49,578 bases of DNA from an uncultured Alphaproteobacteria bacterium (GCA_938084065.1 CALKDI010000019.1:1-49578); one strand, 5' to 3'. Numbered from the stretch's first letter, positions 19,332 to 28,483 are shown. The notes: generated by a model not told the origin, from the letters alone. A program made the numbers and translations.

Positions 19332-19580
19332 TCACCCACCCGCAATTTTCGGAATTAAATGAACTTCGCTGTCAGGCCCGATGGGATCTATGAGGGTGTC
19401 CTGAAAGATCTCCCCATCAACGGCGACAGCCATACTCTCTTCAATCTGATTACCAAGGCCTGGGAAAAGGGCATCCAGCTCCTTGATCATCCGTCCGATG
19501 GTGAGGGCTTTCACCTCCACCACGCGGATATCACCGCAATAGGTGCGGCAGAGCGTGGCGCCCAGATGGACTGTTGCCAT
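19332..19580 (-). CDS. MoaD/ThiS-family ubiquitin-like beta-grasp protein ending in Gly-Gly
   Basis: 82 aa. The C-terminus PDSEVHLIPKIAGG-stop parallels the MoaD ending (DGDEVAFFPPVTGG). It starts 23 nt after the stop of the Mo subunit, on the same strand. Confidence 0.75.
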   Translation of the reverse strand: MATVHLGATLCRTYCGDIRVVEVKALTIGRMIKELDALFPGLGNQIEESMAVAVDGEIFQDTLIDPIGPDSEVHLIPKIAGG

Positions 19581-19603
19581 TACTCTGCCGCTATCCCTAT
19601 CGG

Positions 19604-21880
19604 CTACTTGCCAGCCGCGTCGAGGGCCGCACGCACTTTTGGCGGCGACATCGGCAGGCTGGTCATGCGCACACCAGTGGCGTCAAAGATCGCGTTAGCG
19701 ATCGCAGCCATAGGCGGCACAATCGGCACCTCGCCAACGCCTTTGGCGCCGAACGGATGCCGTGGGTTCGGCACTTCGACCAGAGCGACGTCGATCTTGG
19801 GCAGATCACTGGCTACCGGTACGCGGTAATCCAGGAACCCGCCATTATCGAGGCGACCGTCTTTGTCGTAGATGTACTCTTCATTCAGCGCCCAGCCGAT
19901 GCCCTGAACGGCACCGCCCTGCACTTGGCCCTCAACATAGGACGGGTGGATGGCCCGACCGACATCTTGAGCAGCAGTGTAGCGCAGAATTTTGACGTGA
20001 CCGGTCTCTTTATCGACCTCCACATCAACGACGTGTACACCCCAGCCAGGGCCTGCGCCCTGAGCATTGACCGTGGCTTTCGCCGCAATCGGGCCACCGG
20101 TCCGGCCAGACTTGACTGCAATATCAGCCAAGCTCAACGGCTCGAACTTGCCGGCGTTGTCGCCCGCCGGATAGGCTGAGCCATCACGCCATTCGACCGC
20201 CTCAACATCAATCTCCCAGAGCTTGGCCGCACGGCCGCGCAACTGCTTGACGATGTCGTCGGAGGCGTCGCAAACGGCGGTGCCGGTTGCGAAGGTCACG
20301 CGGCTGCCGCCTGTGACGAAGGTGAAGCCGACGGATGCTGTGTCGCCGATGATCGGGCGGACCCGCTCAACGTTCACACCCAGAACCTCTGCCGCCATCA
20401 TCGCCATGGAGGCGCGAGAGCCGCCGATGTCTGGGCTGCCGGAGACGAGCGCGATCGTGCCGTCCTCGTTGACCGCCAGTGAGGCAGAGCTTTCACCGCC
20501 GATGTTGAACCAGAAACCAGCAGCAACACCGCGACCCTGGTTCGGGCCCAGCTTGGCTTGCAGATTCGGATGGTTCTTGGCAGCTTCCAGGGTCTCGACA
20601 TAGCCGATATTCTGGAAGGTCGGGCCGTACAGGGCCTTGGTGCCGTCTTTTGCAGCGTTTTTCAGGCGCAGCTCGATCGGGTCCATGCCAATGGCACGGG
20701 ACAACTCGTCCACCGCACTTTCGGTCGCGTAGGTCGAGATTGGAGCACCTGGGGCGCGGTAAGCCGCAACCTTCGGACGGTTCGACACGACGTCGAAACC
20801 AACCGCACTGGCGTTCTCAATATCGTACATCGCCCAGCAGGTCATTAGGGCGGGGCCGATGGGAGAGCCCGGGTATGCGCCGGCCTGCAGGATGACCTCA
20901 GCGTGGGCAGCAGTAATAGTGCCGTCCATCTTGGCGCCGACTTTGACGTTGATCGTGCCGCCAGAGGTTGGGCCAGAGCCACGGAAAACCTCTTCACGGG
21001 TCATGACCATGCGCACCGGACGACCGGCCTTGCGCGACAGCGCCAGTGCCAGCGGCTCCAGATACACGAGGGTCTTGCCGCCGAAGCCGCCGCCGATTTC
21101 AGCAGGCGTCACGCGGATTTCGGAAATGTCGATGCCCAACAGCTTGGCGCAATAAGCGCGCACCATGAAATGCCCCTGACTGGAGCAGATCACCTGGCAT
21201 TGGCCATCTGGGTTGAACGCAGCGACGCATGCGTGCGGCTCAATATAAGCCTGATGCACCGGCGCAGTGGTGTAGGTGCGTTCGACGATCTTGTCTGCAG
21301 CGGCAAAGCCGGCTTCGAGGTCGCCTTTGGCGAACTCCATCCGCTTCACAACGTTCGACGGGGTCGTCGGTTTCGGGTCTACACCGCTGGTGAAGATGTC
21401 GTCATGCAGGACTGGCGCGCCCGGCTGCATGGCTTCCATCTCGTTGATGACGTGCGGCAGCACCTCGTACTCAACCTTGATCGCTTCGGCGGCTGCGCGG
21501 GCGATGCTGGTGGAGGTGGCGGCAACCGCGGCAACTACATGGCCATCATACAGGACTTTGTCCCGCGCCATCAGGTTGCAGGACAGGTCACGGAAGTTCA
21601 TCGGGCCTTCGCCGACGAAGGCTTCCTCGGAGGTGATGTTGGGGAGATCGGCTGCGGTCACGACCGCGCGCACACCCTTCATCGCCTCAGCGGCGGATGT
21701 ATCGATCTTTATGATCCGGGCGTGCGCGTGCGGCGAGCGCACGGTTGACCCGAAGATCATGCCCGGCATGACGGCATCGCCGCCAAACTGAGCACGGCCC
21801 ATCACTTTGTCGACGCCATCCGGACGAACCGGACGGGTGCCGACAACCTTCAAGGCGTCTTTTAGAGAGATATCATTCAT
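19604..21880 (-). CDS. Xanthine dehydrogenase-family molybdopterin-binding large subunit
   Basis: 758 aa, with EIGGGFGGK and AAYRAPGAP motifs of aldehyde oxidase/XDH-type hydroxylases. It lacks the CODH VAYRCSFR loop. Confidence 0.88.
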   Translation of the reverse strand: MNDISLKDALKVVGTRPVRPDGVDKVMGRAQFGGDAVMPGMIFGSTVRSPHAHARIIKIDTSAAEAMKGVRAVVTAADLPNITSEEAFVGEGPMNFRDLSCNLMARDKVLYDGHVVAAVAATSTSIARAAAEAIKVEYEVLPHVINEMEAMQPGAPVLHDDIFTSGVDPKPTTPSNVVKRMEFAKGDLEAGFAAADKIVERTYTTAPVHQAYIEPHACVAAFNPDGQCQVICSSQGHFMVRAYCAKLLGIDISEIRVTPAEIGGGFGGKTLVYLEPLALALSRKAGRPVRMVMTREEVFRGSGPTSGGTINVKVGAKMDGTITAAHAEVILQAGAYPGSPIGPALMTCWAMYDIENASAVGFDVVSNRPKVAAYRAPGAPISTYATESAVDELSRAIGMDPIELRLKNAAKDGTKALYGPTFQNIGYVETLEAAKNHPNLQAKLGPNQGRGVAAGFWFNIGGESSASLAVNEDGTIALVSGSPDIGGSRASMAMMAAEVLGVNVERVRPIIGDTASVGFTFVTGGSRVTFATGTAVCDASDDIVKQLRGRAAKLWEIDVEAVEWRDGSAYPAGDNAGKFEPLSLADIAVKSGRTGGPIAAKATVNAQGAGPGWGVHVVDVEVDKETGHVKILRYTAAQDVGRAIHPSYVEGQVQGGAVQGIGWALNEEYIYDKDGRLDNGGFLDYRVPVASDLPKIDVALVEVPNPRHPFGAKGVGEVPIVPPMAAIANAIFDATGVRMTSLPMSPPKVRAALDAAGK

Positions 21881-22362
21881 TAAGCAGACTCCCCTCTCAG
21901 CTCAGCGGCTGCAGCGTGGACAGCGTTCATGATCTTGTCATAGCCGGTGCAACGGCAAAGGTTGCCCGCCAGCCAGTAGCGCGCTTCCTCGTCGGTTGGG
22001 CTCGGATTGGCGTCTAGCAGTGCCTTGGTCGCAACGATCAAGCCTGGCGTGCAGAAACCGCACTGCAGTGCGGCGTGCTTCAGGAACTGAGATTGCACGG
22101 GGTGCAGGTTCTCACCGTCGGCAATGCCTTCAATCGTTGTGATGCTTGTGCCTTCAGCTTCAGAGCCGAACATCAGGCAGGAGCATACCAGGCGACCGTC
22201 GACCAGGACGCTACATGCGCCACAGTCGCCAGAGCCGCAGCCCTCTTTCGAGCCGGTCAGGCCCAGATCTTCGCGCAATACGTCCAGAACGGTCTGGTTC
22301 GAATCGCAAAGGAACTCAGTCTCTTCACCATTGACGGTGCAGGTGACGTGCGTTTTTGACAT
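21880..22362 (-). CDS. (2Fe-2S)-binding small subunit of the XDH-family enzyme
   Basis: GCGSGDCGACSV and CGFCTPG / CRCTGY cysteine clusters. Internal ATG at 22362 (MSKTHVTCTVNGEE) is preferred. A 1-nt overlap (ATGA-type junction) links it to the large subunit. Confidence 0.88.
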   Translation of the reverse strand: MSKTHVTCTVNGEETEFLCDSNQTVLDVLREDLGLTGSKEGCGSGDCGACSVLVDGRLVCSCLMFGSEAEGTSITTIEGIADGENLHPVQSQFLKHAALQCGFCTPGLIVATKALLDANPSPTDEEARYWLAGNLCRCTGYDKIMNAVHAAAAELRGESA

Positions 22363-22384
22363 GTGTCTTGTCCCCGCTTCTTGT

Positions 22385-23254
22385 TTAGCGCGCTGCTGCG
22401 CGTTCAAAGGCGATAGCCGCGACTCGACGGGCGAGTACACCGGCAACTTTGGTGCGGAACTCAATGGTACCGCGCTTGTCGTCGATTGGCTTGCACGCGG
22501 CCTGTGCGGCTGCATCCAGTTTGGCCAGTGTCGCGTCGTCCAGCTTGTTGCCAATCAGGATCTTGGCGGCATCGTCCAACACCAGGATGGTCGGGGCTAC
22601 GGCGCCCAAGCACACCTTAGCCGCGGTGCAGGTGCCGCTGGCATCGAGCGTGACAGTGATACCGCAACCGACAACAGCGATGTCCATTTCCGTGCGCGGA
22701 ATAAAGCGCAGGTAGGCATCGGAGGTCTTGCCGGAGGCCTTCGGAATGATGAACTCATAGACGAACTCATCCGCCGCCAGGCTGGTACGGCCCGGAGACA
22801 CTGGCACGTCTTCCACTGGAACAGTGCGTTTGCCGTTCTTGCCGACAATCACTGCCAGCGCGCCAGCAGCGACCAAACCTGGAACACTATCACCAGCCGG
22901 CGATGCGTTGCAGAGGTTGCCAGCAAACGAGGCGCGGCCCTGAACCTGGGTCGAGCCGATCAGCTGAACCGCCTCGGTGACACCCGGCCATGCGGCGCAC
23001 AGGCCGGCATGTTCGCCGATCTCCGCACCCGGCGTCGCGGCACCAATGTGCCAGCCGTCGGCTTCTTCACGGATTCCGATGGTACCGGCGATCTTTTTGA
23101 TATCGACGATCACTTCCGGGCGAAGACGGCCGGAACGCATCTGGATGATAAGGTCTGTGCCGCCGGATAACACCCGAGCAGCGCCGGACGCATTGGCAAG
23201 CAGCCCTACGGCTTCGTCCACCGTAGTAGGGGCAGCATAAGTGGGCGAGTACAT
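22385..23254 (-). CDS. FAD-binding (CoxM-like) medium subunit of the XDH-family enzyme
   Basis: VLSGGTDLIIQM FAD-binding PCMH motif. ATG at 23254 is preceded by GGGAG. 289 aa. Confidence 0.85.
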   Translation of the reverse strand: MYSPTYAAPTTVDEAVGLLANASGAARVLSGGTDLIIQMRSGRLRPEVIVDIKKIAGTIGIREEADGWHIGAATPGAEIGEHAGLCAAWPGVTEAVQLIGSTQVQGRASFAGNLCNASPAGDSVPGLVAAGALAVIVGKNGKRTVPVEDVPVSPGRTSLAADEFVYEFIIPKASGKTSDAYLRFIPRTEMDIAVVGCGITVTLDASGTCTAAKVCLGAVAPTILVLDDAAKILIGNKLDDATLAKLDAAAQAACKPIDDKRGTIEFRTKVAGVLARRVAAIAFERAAAR

Positions 23255-23341
23255 CGTCACTCCCTGGCTTTGGATAAGGCTATGGGTGGGCCGCATAACT
23301 GCGGGTTCACCCTTCGGAACTTCTACGTTAGACTTTCGCCC

Positions 23342-24145
23342 ATGACGAACAAAACTGCAAGCCCCGCTCACGAGCAGGTGGGTCACCGTTTCGCGCCATG
23401 GAAGACCAGCGTCACCGCTGCGCGTCAACATGGATACCATGATCCCGCCGGAATTGATAGCAAACGCTTCGGCGATTGGGTCGATGTTTCGCTGCTGGGC
23501 AATGACTGTTTGAAGGGCGCCCGCTCGCCAGATGACCTTGGGAACCCGCGGCTGCACTATGGCGTGCGAGTTCGCCAGACCATGCCGTTAGCGCTGGGTA
23601 CAGGGCTGGTTGTGCAGGCTGTGGTAACAGCAGTGGAGCCAGTCCGGCGAGGCCGGTTGATCCGGATCACCTTCGCGTTTCTGGCGGAATCTGGTCAGAT
23701 TCCGGTGGAGATCGAGCATCAAAGTTTGATCCTAGATCCCGATCCGATTGGCACAGATCCCGCCCCGGCGGTCGATCGCAGTTGGTCCAAGGCTGAGGCG
23801 ATTCGGGATGTGCCAATGTCACTGGCGTCGGTCAGCGGCTACAGCCATGAATTCCCGTATCTGGAAGGCCATCACAACCAGGCCGCAGCCGAGGCCATCG
23901 GCATGCGCGCGCCAATTGCGCAGGGCCTGCACGGCTTCACCTTGCTGATGAGCGAGATCGCTGCAGACCGCGGTGCCCCTTCAGCCTGCGACATTCAGGC
24001 CGAGTTCCGCAGGCCGATTTTTTGTGACGAGACCGTGCGGCTGGTTGGCCAGCGGGGAGCGGACGACCAGTGGGATGATCTCGCGGTTCTGAAGGGCGAT
24101 GGAAAGCCAACAACACAGGTACACGTGTTTAGCGCAACATGGTAA
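23342..24145 (+). CDS. MaoC-like (double hotdog) enoyl-CoA hydratase/dehydratase family protein
   Basis: The C-terminal half carries HNQAAAEAIGMRAPIAQGLHGFTLL, resembling the MaoC hydratase motif. The N-terminal half looks like a degenerate hotdog. The start is uncertain (ATG 23342 versus TTG 23270). Confidence 0.6.
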   Translation: MTNKTASPAHEQVGHRFAPWKTSVTAARQHGYHDPAGIDSKRFGDWVDVSLLGNDCLKGARSPDDLGNPRLHYGVRVRQTMPLALGTGLVVQAVVTAVEPVRRGRLIRITFAFLAESGQIPVEIEHQSLILDPDPIGTDPAPAVDRSWSKAEAIRDVPMSLASVSGYSHEFPYLEGHHNQAAAEAIGMRAPIAQGLHGFTLLMSEIAADRGAPSACDIQAEFRRPIFCDETVRLVGQRGADDQWDDLAVLKGDGKPTTQVHVFSATW

Positions 24146-25338
24146 CCCAAACCTCTCCCATGCTGCCCTTTAAAGGGCTCCGTGTCGTCGACATGACCCA
24201 AGGCCTGGCCGGTCCGTTCTGCGCTATGCTGTTGGGCCATTACGGTGCGACCGTCATTAAGGTTGAGCCACCGGAGGGTGATTGGTCACGCACACTCGGT
24301 GCAACCAAAGGCGACCGCACGCCAGCCTACACTACGTGCAATCGTGGCAAGCAAGCATTGGTGGTCGATCTCAAGCAAAAAGCCGGCCTGGAGGTCGTGC
24401 TGAAACTGGCCGAAGATTGCGACGTGTTCCTGGAGAGCAATCGCCAGGGCGTGGCCGACCGGCTGGGCATCGGCTATGAGGCGATCCGCGCTGTATCGCC
24501 GGATGTTGTTTATGGCTCTGTCACTGGCTTTGGGCAGTCAGGCGCGTATGCAAGCCGGCCCGCGACAGATGCGATCCTGCAGGCTTTTACCGGCCTGATG
24601 AGCCGTAACCGCGGTGCCGATGGCCAACCGCGCCGGATTGGGTACGCTGTTCCTGACTACACGACCGGGCTAATGGCCTACCAAAGTGTTTCGACAGCGC
24701 TTTATGCCAAAGCCGTGGGGCAGGGCGGTCGGCATTTGGATATCAGCCTGATGCGCTCCATGCTGTTCTACCAACAACATGGCCTCGTACAGGAAGCAGT
24801 CGAACCCGGATCCTCGCGCGCACCAGTGGAGCAATCGCCATTGCCGCCGACCGGTACGTTCCAAACCGCCGATGGGCCAATCAATATTTCCATCGTGCGG
24901 GAGAAGTTTTTCCAGTCGTTGTGTGCTGTTTTGGACCTGCCGGAGGTCGCCAGCGACCCACGCTTTACCACTTTGGCCACCCGGCGGGACCATGAAGAGG
25001 TGCTGCGGGTGGTGCTGGCAGATGCCATCATATCCCGTGGACGGGATGAGCTGTGCGCGGCCTTCGCAGCGGCGGACGTGCCTCATGCGCCGGTCCATGA
25101 TTATGCGAGCGTCGTTCAGGATAGCCATGTGCAGGAGACAGGGACGCTCGCTTGGCTAGAAGACGCCGCACTAGGATCGGTGCCGATTGTCAATTTGCCA
25201 GGCACCGCTCCGTTAGCAGCCGGCGATCCGAGGGGAATTGCGCCACGTCAGGGTGAGCATACGGCTTCGTTGTTGGGAGAGCTGGGCTATGACCCGGAGG
25301 CGCTTGCAGCGCTATTGGAGACGGGGGCGGTGGCCTAG
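24139..25338 (+). CDS. Family III CoA-transferase (CaiB/BaiF family)
   Basis: FKGLRVVDMTQGLAGPFCAMLLGHYGATVIKVEPPEGD. Its ATG overlaps the MaoC-like stop (ATGGTAA). Confidence 0.85.
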   Translation: MVTQTSPMLPFKGLRVVDMTQGLAGPFCAMLLGHYGATVIKVEPPEGDWSRTLGATKGDRTPAYTTCNRGKQALVVDLKQKAGLEVVLKLAEDCDVFLESNRQGVADRLGIGYEAIRAVSPDVVYGSVTGFGQSGAYASRPATDAILQAFTGLMSRNRGADGQPRRIGYAVPDYTTGLMAYQSVSTALYAKAVGQGGRHLDISLMRSMLFYQQHGLVQEAVEPGSSRAPVEQSPLPPTGTFQTADGPINISIVREKFFQSLCAVLDLPEVASDPRFTTLATRRDHEEVLRVVLADAIISRGRDELCAAFAAADVPHAPVHDYASVVQDSHVQETGTLAWLEDAALGSVPIVNLPGTAPLAAGDPRGIAPRQGEHTASLLGELGYDPEALAALLETGAVA

Positions 25339-25346
25339 ATCTCAAA

Positions 25347-25820
25347 TTAACCCGCAACGCCCGGCACGATCCGCTTTGCCCGTTGGATCAAAAGCTCCAG
25401 CCCATTCAAAAAGCGGGAGCGGTCAGCTTTCGAGAAACTCTTGCCACTGCCGCCGGCAGCAAGCGGATTGGCGGCACGGATATCGGCCATCAGGTCGCGC
25501 ATTGCCATGCGCTGGCCGATATTGGACTTCGAGAAAAGCTCGCCGTTGTGGTTGATCGCCTGGGCCCCGGCATCGATGCAGCGCAATGCCAGTTGGATAT
25601 CGCCAGTCACGCAAATATCGCCGGTGCCGGTCCTATCGGCGATCCACTGATCGGCAACGTCCGCGCCATGCCCCACAACCACTGTCTCCACCAGTGGATG
25701 TGGGTTCGGGCGGATGCCGCCGTTGGAGACCACGCGCACTTTCAGCTTGTGCCGTTCGGCAACACGCAGAGTTTCGTCTTTGACCGGGCAGGCGTCGGCG
25801 TCGATGTAGATGATTGTCAT
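25347..25820 (-). CDS. YaiI/YqxD-family protein (UPF0178)
   Basis: 157 aa. N-terminus MTIIYIDADACPVKDE is the characteristic UPF0178 start. Confidence 0.75.
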   Translation of the reverse strand: MTIIYIDADACPVKDETLRVAERHKLKVRVVSNGGIRPNPHPLVETVVVGHGADVADQWIADRTGTGDICVTGDIQLALRCIDAGAQAINHNGELFSKSNIGQRMAMRDLMADIRAANPLAAGGSGKSFSKADRSRFLNGLELLIQRAKRIVPGVAG

Positions 25821-25842
25821 TGTTCAACGAGGCCTCCGCGCC

Positions 25843-27039
25843 TCAAAGACCGAGCACCGCCTTGGCGATGATGTTCTTCTGCACCTCATGGCTCCCACCA
25901 GCGATGCTCATGGCGCGGGCTTCAAAATAGTCTGGGGCCATGCGGAACAGATAGTCGGGGCCGATGGGCTCTTCATTCCAGCCGTGGCGGATGGCTTCCG
26001 GCACGTAAGGCGCGATGGCATAGCCGCCGGCCTCCATCATCAACTCGTGGATGCGTTGGAACACGTCGCCAGTGCGCATTTTCAGGACTGATGCCTCCGC
26101 GCCGACAGGCTTATCCGCACTGGCGTTGGCCAGCTGGCGAAGTGACGTGATCGACAACGTCTCCAATGAAACCTCGGCCTCCGCGATCAGACGTTTGAAA
26201 TCAGCTGTCTCGCCAAGCGGCCCACCATCGACCATCTGGTCGGCGGCGATGCTTTTGAGTTTGGCCAAGTTGCGTTTGTTGATCGAGACATAGCTGGCGT
26301 TGGAGCGCTCATGCCCTAGCAGGTATTTTGCGATGCTCCACCCTTGGCCCTCTTTGCCGATTCGGTCTTCCACCGGCACCCGGACGTTATCGAAGAACTC
26401 CTGGTTGAACACATGGCGGCCATCCAGCGTAATGATCGGGCGGACGGTGACACCCGGCGCCTTCATGTCGATCAGCAGGCAGGTGATGCCTTCTTGCTTC
26501 TTGCCGGTGTTGTCGGTGCGCACCAAGGCGAACATGCGGTCAGCACAATGGGCATAACTGGTCCAGATTTTGGTACCATTCACCACATAATGGTCACCAT
26601 CCAAAACCGCTGAGGTTTTCAGAGAGGCAAGATCAGAGCCGGACCCTGGCTCGCTATAGCCTTGGCACCAGATTTCCTCGCTGGTCAGAATTTTTGGCAG
26701 ATATTTCTGGCGTTGCTCTGGCGTGCCATAGGCCAGCAGTACCGGCCCAACCATGCGGGTGCCGAAATGCACGGTACGCGGGGCGTGGGCGGCGAACAAC
26801 TCTTCCTCGAAGATGTATTTCTCGGCCAGCGAGAACCCGGGGCCGCCATCCTTGGCCTCCCAGTTTGGCGCGATCCAGCCCTCGCCAGAGAGGATTTTCA
26901 TCCAGCGGGAGAAGTCCTCCCGCTCCAGCTCAATGCCGCGATCCACTTTGTTGCGGATGTCGGTGGGCAGGTTGGCGGCGGTCCATTCACGGATTTTGGT
27001 GCGGAAGGCTTGCTCTTCGGCGGTGAAACTCAAGTCCAT
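25843..27039 (-). CDS. Acyl-CoA dehydrogenase (PimC-like large-subunit type)
   Basis: QGYSEPGSGSDLASLKT, QEGITCLLIDMKAPGVTVRPI and C-terminal SIAGGSHEVQKNIIAKAVLGL. Internal ATG at 27039 (MDLSFTAEEQAF). Confidence 0.85.
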   Translation of the reverse strand: MDLSFTAEEQAFRTKIREWTAANLPTDIRNKVDRGIELEREDFSRWMKILSGEGWIAPNWEAKDGGPGFSLAEKYIFEEELFAAHAPRTVHFGTRMVGPVLLAYGTPEQRQKYLPKILTSEEIWCQGYSEPGSGSDLASLKTSAVLDGDHYVVNGTKIWTSYAHCADRMFALVRTDNTGKKQEGITCLLIDMKAPGVTVRPIITLDGRHVFNQEFFDNVRVPVEDRIGKEGQGWSIAKYLLGHERSNASYVSINKRNLAKLKSIAADQMVDGGPLGETADFKRLIAEAEVSLETLSITSLRQLANASADKPVGAEASVLKMRTGDVFQRIHELMMEAGGYAIAPYVPEAIRHGWNEEPIGPDYLFRMAPDYFEARAMSIAGGSHEVQKNIIAKAVLGL

Positions 27040-27042
27040 AAC

Positions 27043-27081
27043 AAAAAAGGCTCCGGAGATGCGATGTGCGTCTCCGGAGCC
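27043..27081 (-). terminator. Rho-independent terminator after dctM, abutting the downstream ACAD start
   Basis: Minus strand: GGCTCCGGAGA-cgcacatcgca-TCTCCGGAGCC followed by TTTTTT, then GTT and the ATG (27039). Confidence 0.7.
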
Positions 27082-27115
27082 TAAGCCAGCTAGAAGCTGG
27101 AAGCTAGTCTGAGCG

Positions 27116-28483
27116 TCAATCCAGCAGAGTATTTGGCAGCCACAGTGCGATTGCCGGGAAGGCAATGACTAGGGACAAACCGATAACCTGCAGCGACACA
27201 AACGGGATGATGCCCGAGTAGATGTCCTGGATTTTCACCGAGGATGGCGCCACGCCCTTCATATAGAACAGCGCGAACCCGAATGGCGGCGTCAGGAATG
27301 ACGTCTGCAAATTGACCGCCACCAACAGGGCGAACCAATAGGCCACATCCCGGCCTTCAACGTGGGTGCCAAAATCGAGCAGAGCGACAACCGGGGCGAA
27401 CACCGGCAGCACGATCAGCGTGATCTCAATGAAGTCAAAGAAGAAGCCCAGGATAAAGATGGTCGTCATCAGCACGATGAGAATGCCCCAAGCACCAAAG
27501 CCCAGTGCCTCAATCCCGTGGATGATCAGGTCCTCGCCACCAAGGGAGCGGAAGACGTAGCTAAACGCCGTCGCGCCCATGAAGATGAAGAAGATCATGC
27601 CGCAAATGATGGCGGTGCGCTCGCACACCTCACGCATTACGCCACCGGTCATGCGGCCGTTGAAGATTGTCAGCAGGATTGCACCAAACGCGCCAACGCC
27701 CGCAGCCTCTGTCGGTGTCGCCCAACCAGCAAAGATGGAGCCCAGCACCAGGGCCATCAGGAACACCGGCGGCACGAAACCTTTGATGACCATTTTCAAC
27801 TTAGAGCCATGGTCAGCGACTGTGGTGTTGTCTTCCTTCACCCGCGGCGCAATGCTCGGCTTCAGGTTTGCAATGATGCCAATATAGACCAGATACAGAC
27901 CGGATAAGAGCAGGCCGGGGAAGATCGCGCCCAGGAACAGATTGCCCACGGACAGTGCCAGCAGGTCGGCCATGATCACCAGCATAATGCTGGGTGGTAT
28001 CAAAATGCCGAGCGTTGCCGACGCTGCGATAGTGCCGGTCGCCAAACCTTTCGAATAGCCAGCGCGCAGCATGGTGGGCAGCGCCATCAGTGTCATCATG
28101 ACAACCGAGGCACCGATAATGCCGGTTGTTGCCGCCATGATCGTGCCCATCAATGTCACCGACATGGCAAGGCCACCCGGGACCCGCCGCAGCAGGACGT
28201 CAAGGATTTCCAGCAAATCCTGGGCGACGCCGGAGCGCTCCAGCATCGTACCCATAAAGATGAAGCACGGTACGGCCACCAGCACCAGATTCTCTACCGC
28301 GCCGCCCCAAATGCGGACAGGGATGTTGAAGAATTCCTGGAAGGCGAACATGTCGAAGAACATGCCGATAAAGCCGAACAGCAAGCCGACGCCGCCAACG
28401 ACGAAGGCAACGGGGATGCCCGAGAACAAGCCAAAAGCCAATCCCAGGAACATAAACACCGGGAGATAATCTTCCCAATACAT
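27116..28483 (-). CDS. dctM: TRAP transporter large permease subunit
   Basis: 455 aa polytopic protein with a typical DctM N-terminus (FMFLGLAFGLFSGIPVAFVVGG). Adjacent to dctQ and dctP. Confidence 0.9.
   Translation of the reverse strand: MYWEDYLPVFMFLGLAFGLFSGIPVAFVVGGVGLLFGFIGMFFDMFAFQEFFNIPVRIWGGAVENLVLVAVPCFIFMGTMLERSGVAQDLLEILDVLLRRVPGGLAMSVTLMGTIMAATTGIIGASVVMMTLMALPTMLRAGYSKGLATGTIAASATLGILIPPSIMLVIMADLLALSVGNLFLGAIFPGLLLSGLYLVYIGIIANLKPSIAPRVKEDNTTVADHGSKLKMVIKGFVPPVFLMALVLGSIFAGWATPTEAAGVGAFGAILLTIFNGRMTGGVMREVCERTAIICGMIFFIFMGATAFSYVFRSLGGEDLIIHGIEALGFGAWGILIVLMTTIFILGFFFDFIEITLIVLPVFAPVVALLDFGTHVEGRDVAYWFALLVAVNLQTSFLTPPFGFALFYMKGVAPSSVKIQDIYSGIIPFVSLQVIGLSLVIAFPAIALWLPNTLLD

Noticed and set aside
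19359-19829. 156-aa plus-strand ORF spanning the Ubl gene and the end of the Mo subunit gene
   Set aside because: It is antisense to two supported genes and crosses their intergenic gap. It has no motifs.
22124-23170. 348-aa plus-strand ORF overlapping the 2Fe-2S and FAD subunit genes
   Set aside because: It is antisense to two genes with strong family motifs, and its translation is Arg/Ser/Ala-rich with no recognisable domain. This is a typical GC-rich shadow ORF.
19604-23254. Aerobic CO dehydrogenase (coxMSL), suggested by the FAD-FeS-Mo gene order
   Set aside because: The large subunit reads AAYRAPGAP where form I CODH has VAYRCSFR and form II AYRGAGR. No coxDEFG-type accessory genes are present. 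It is kept as a generic XDH-family hydroxylase.
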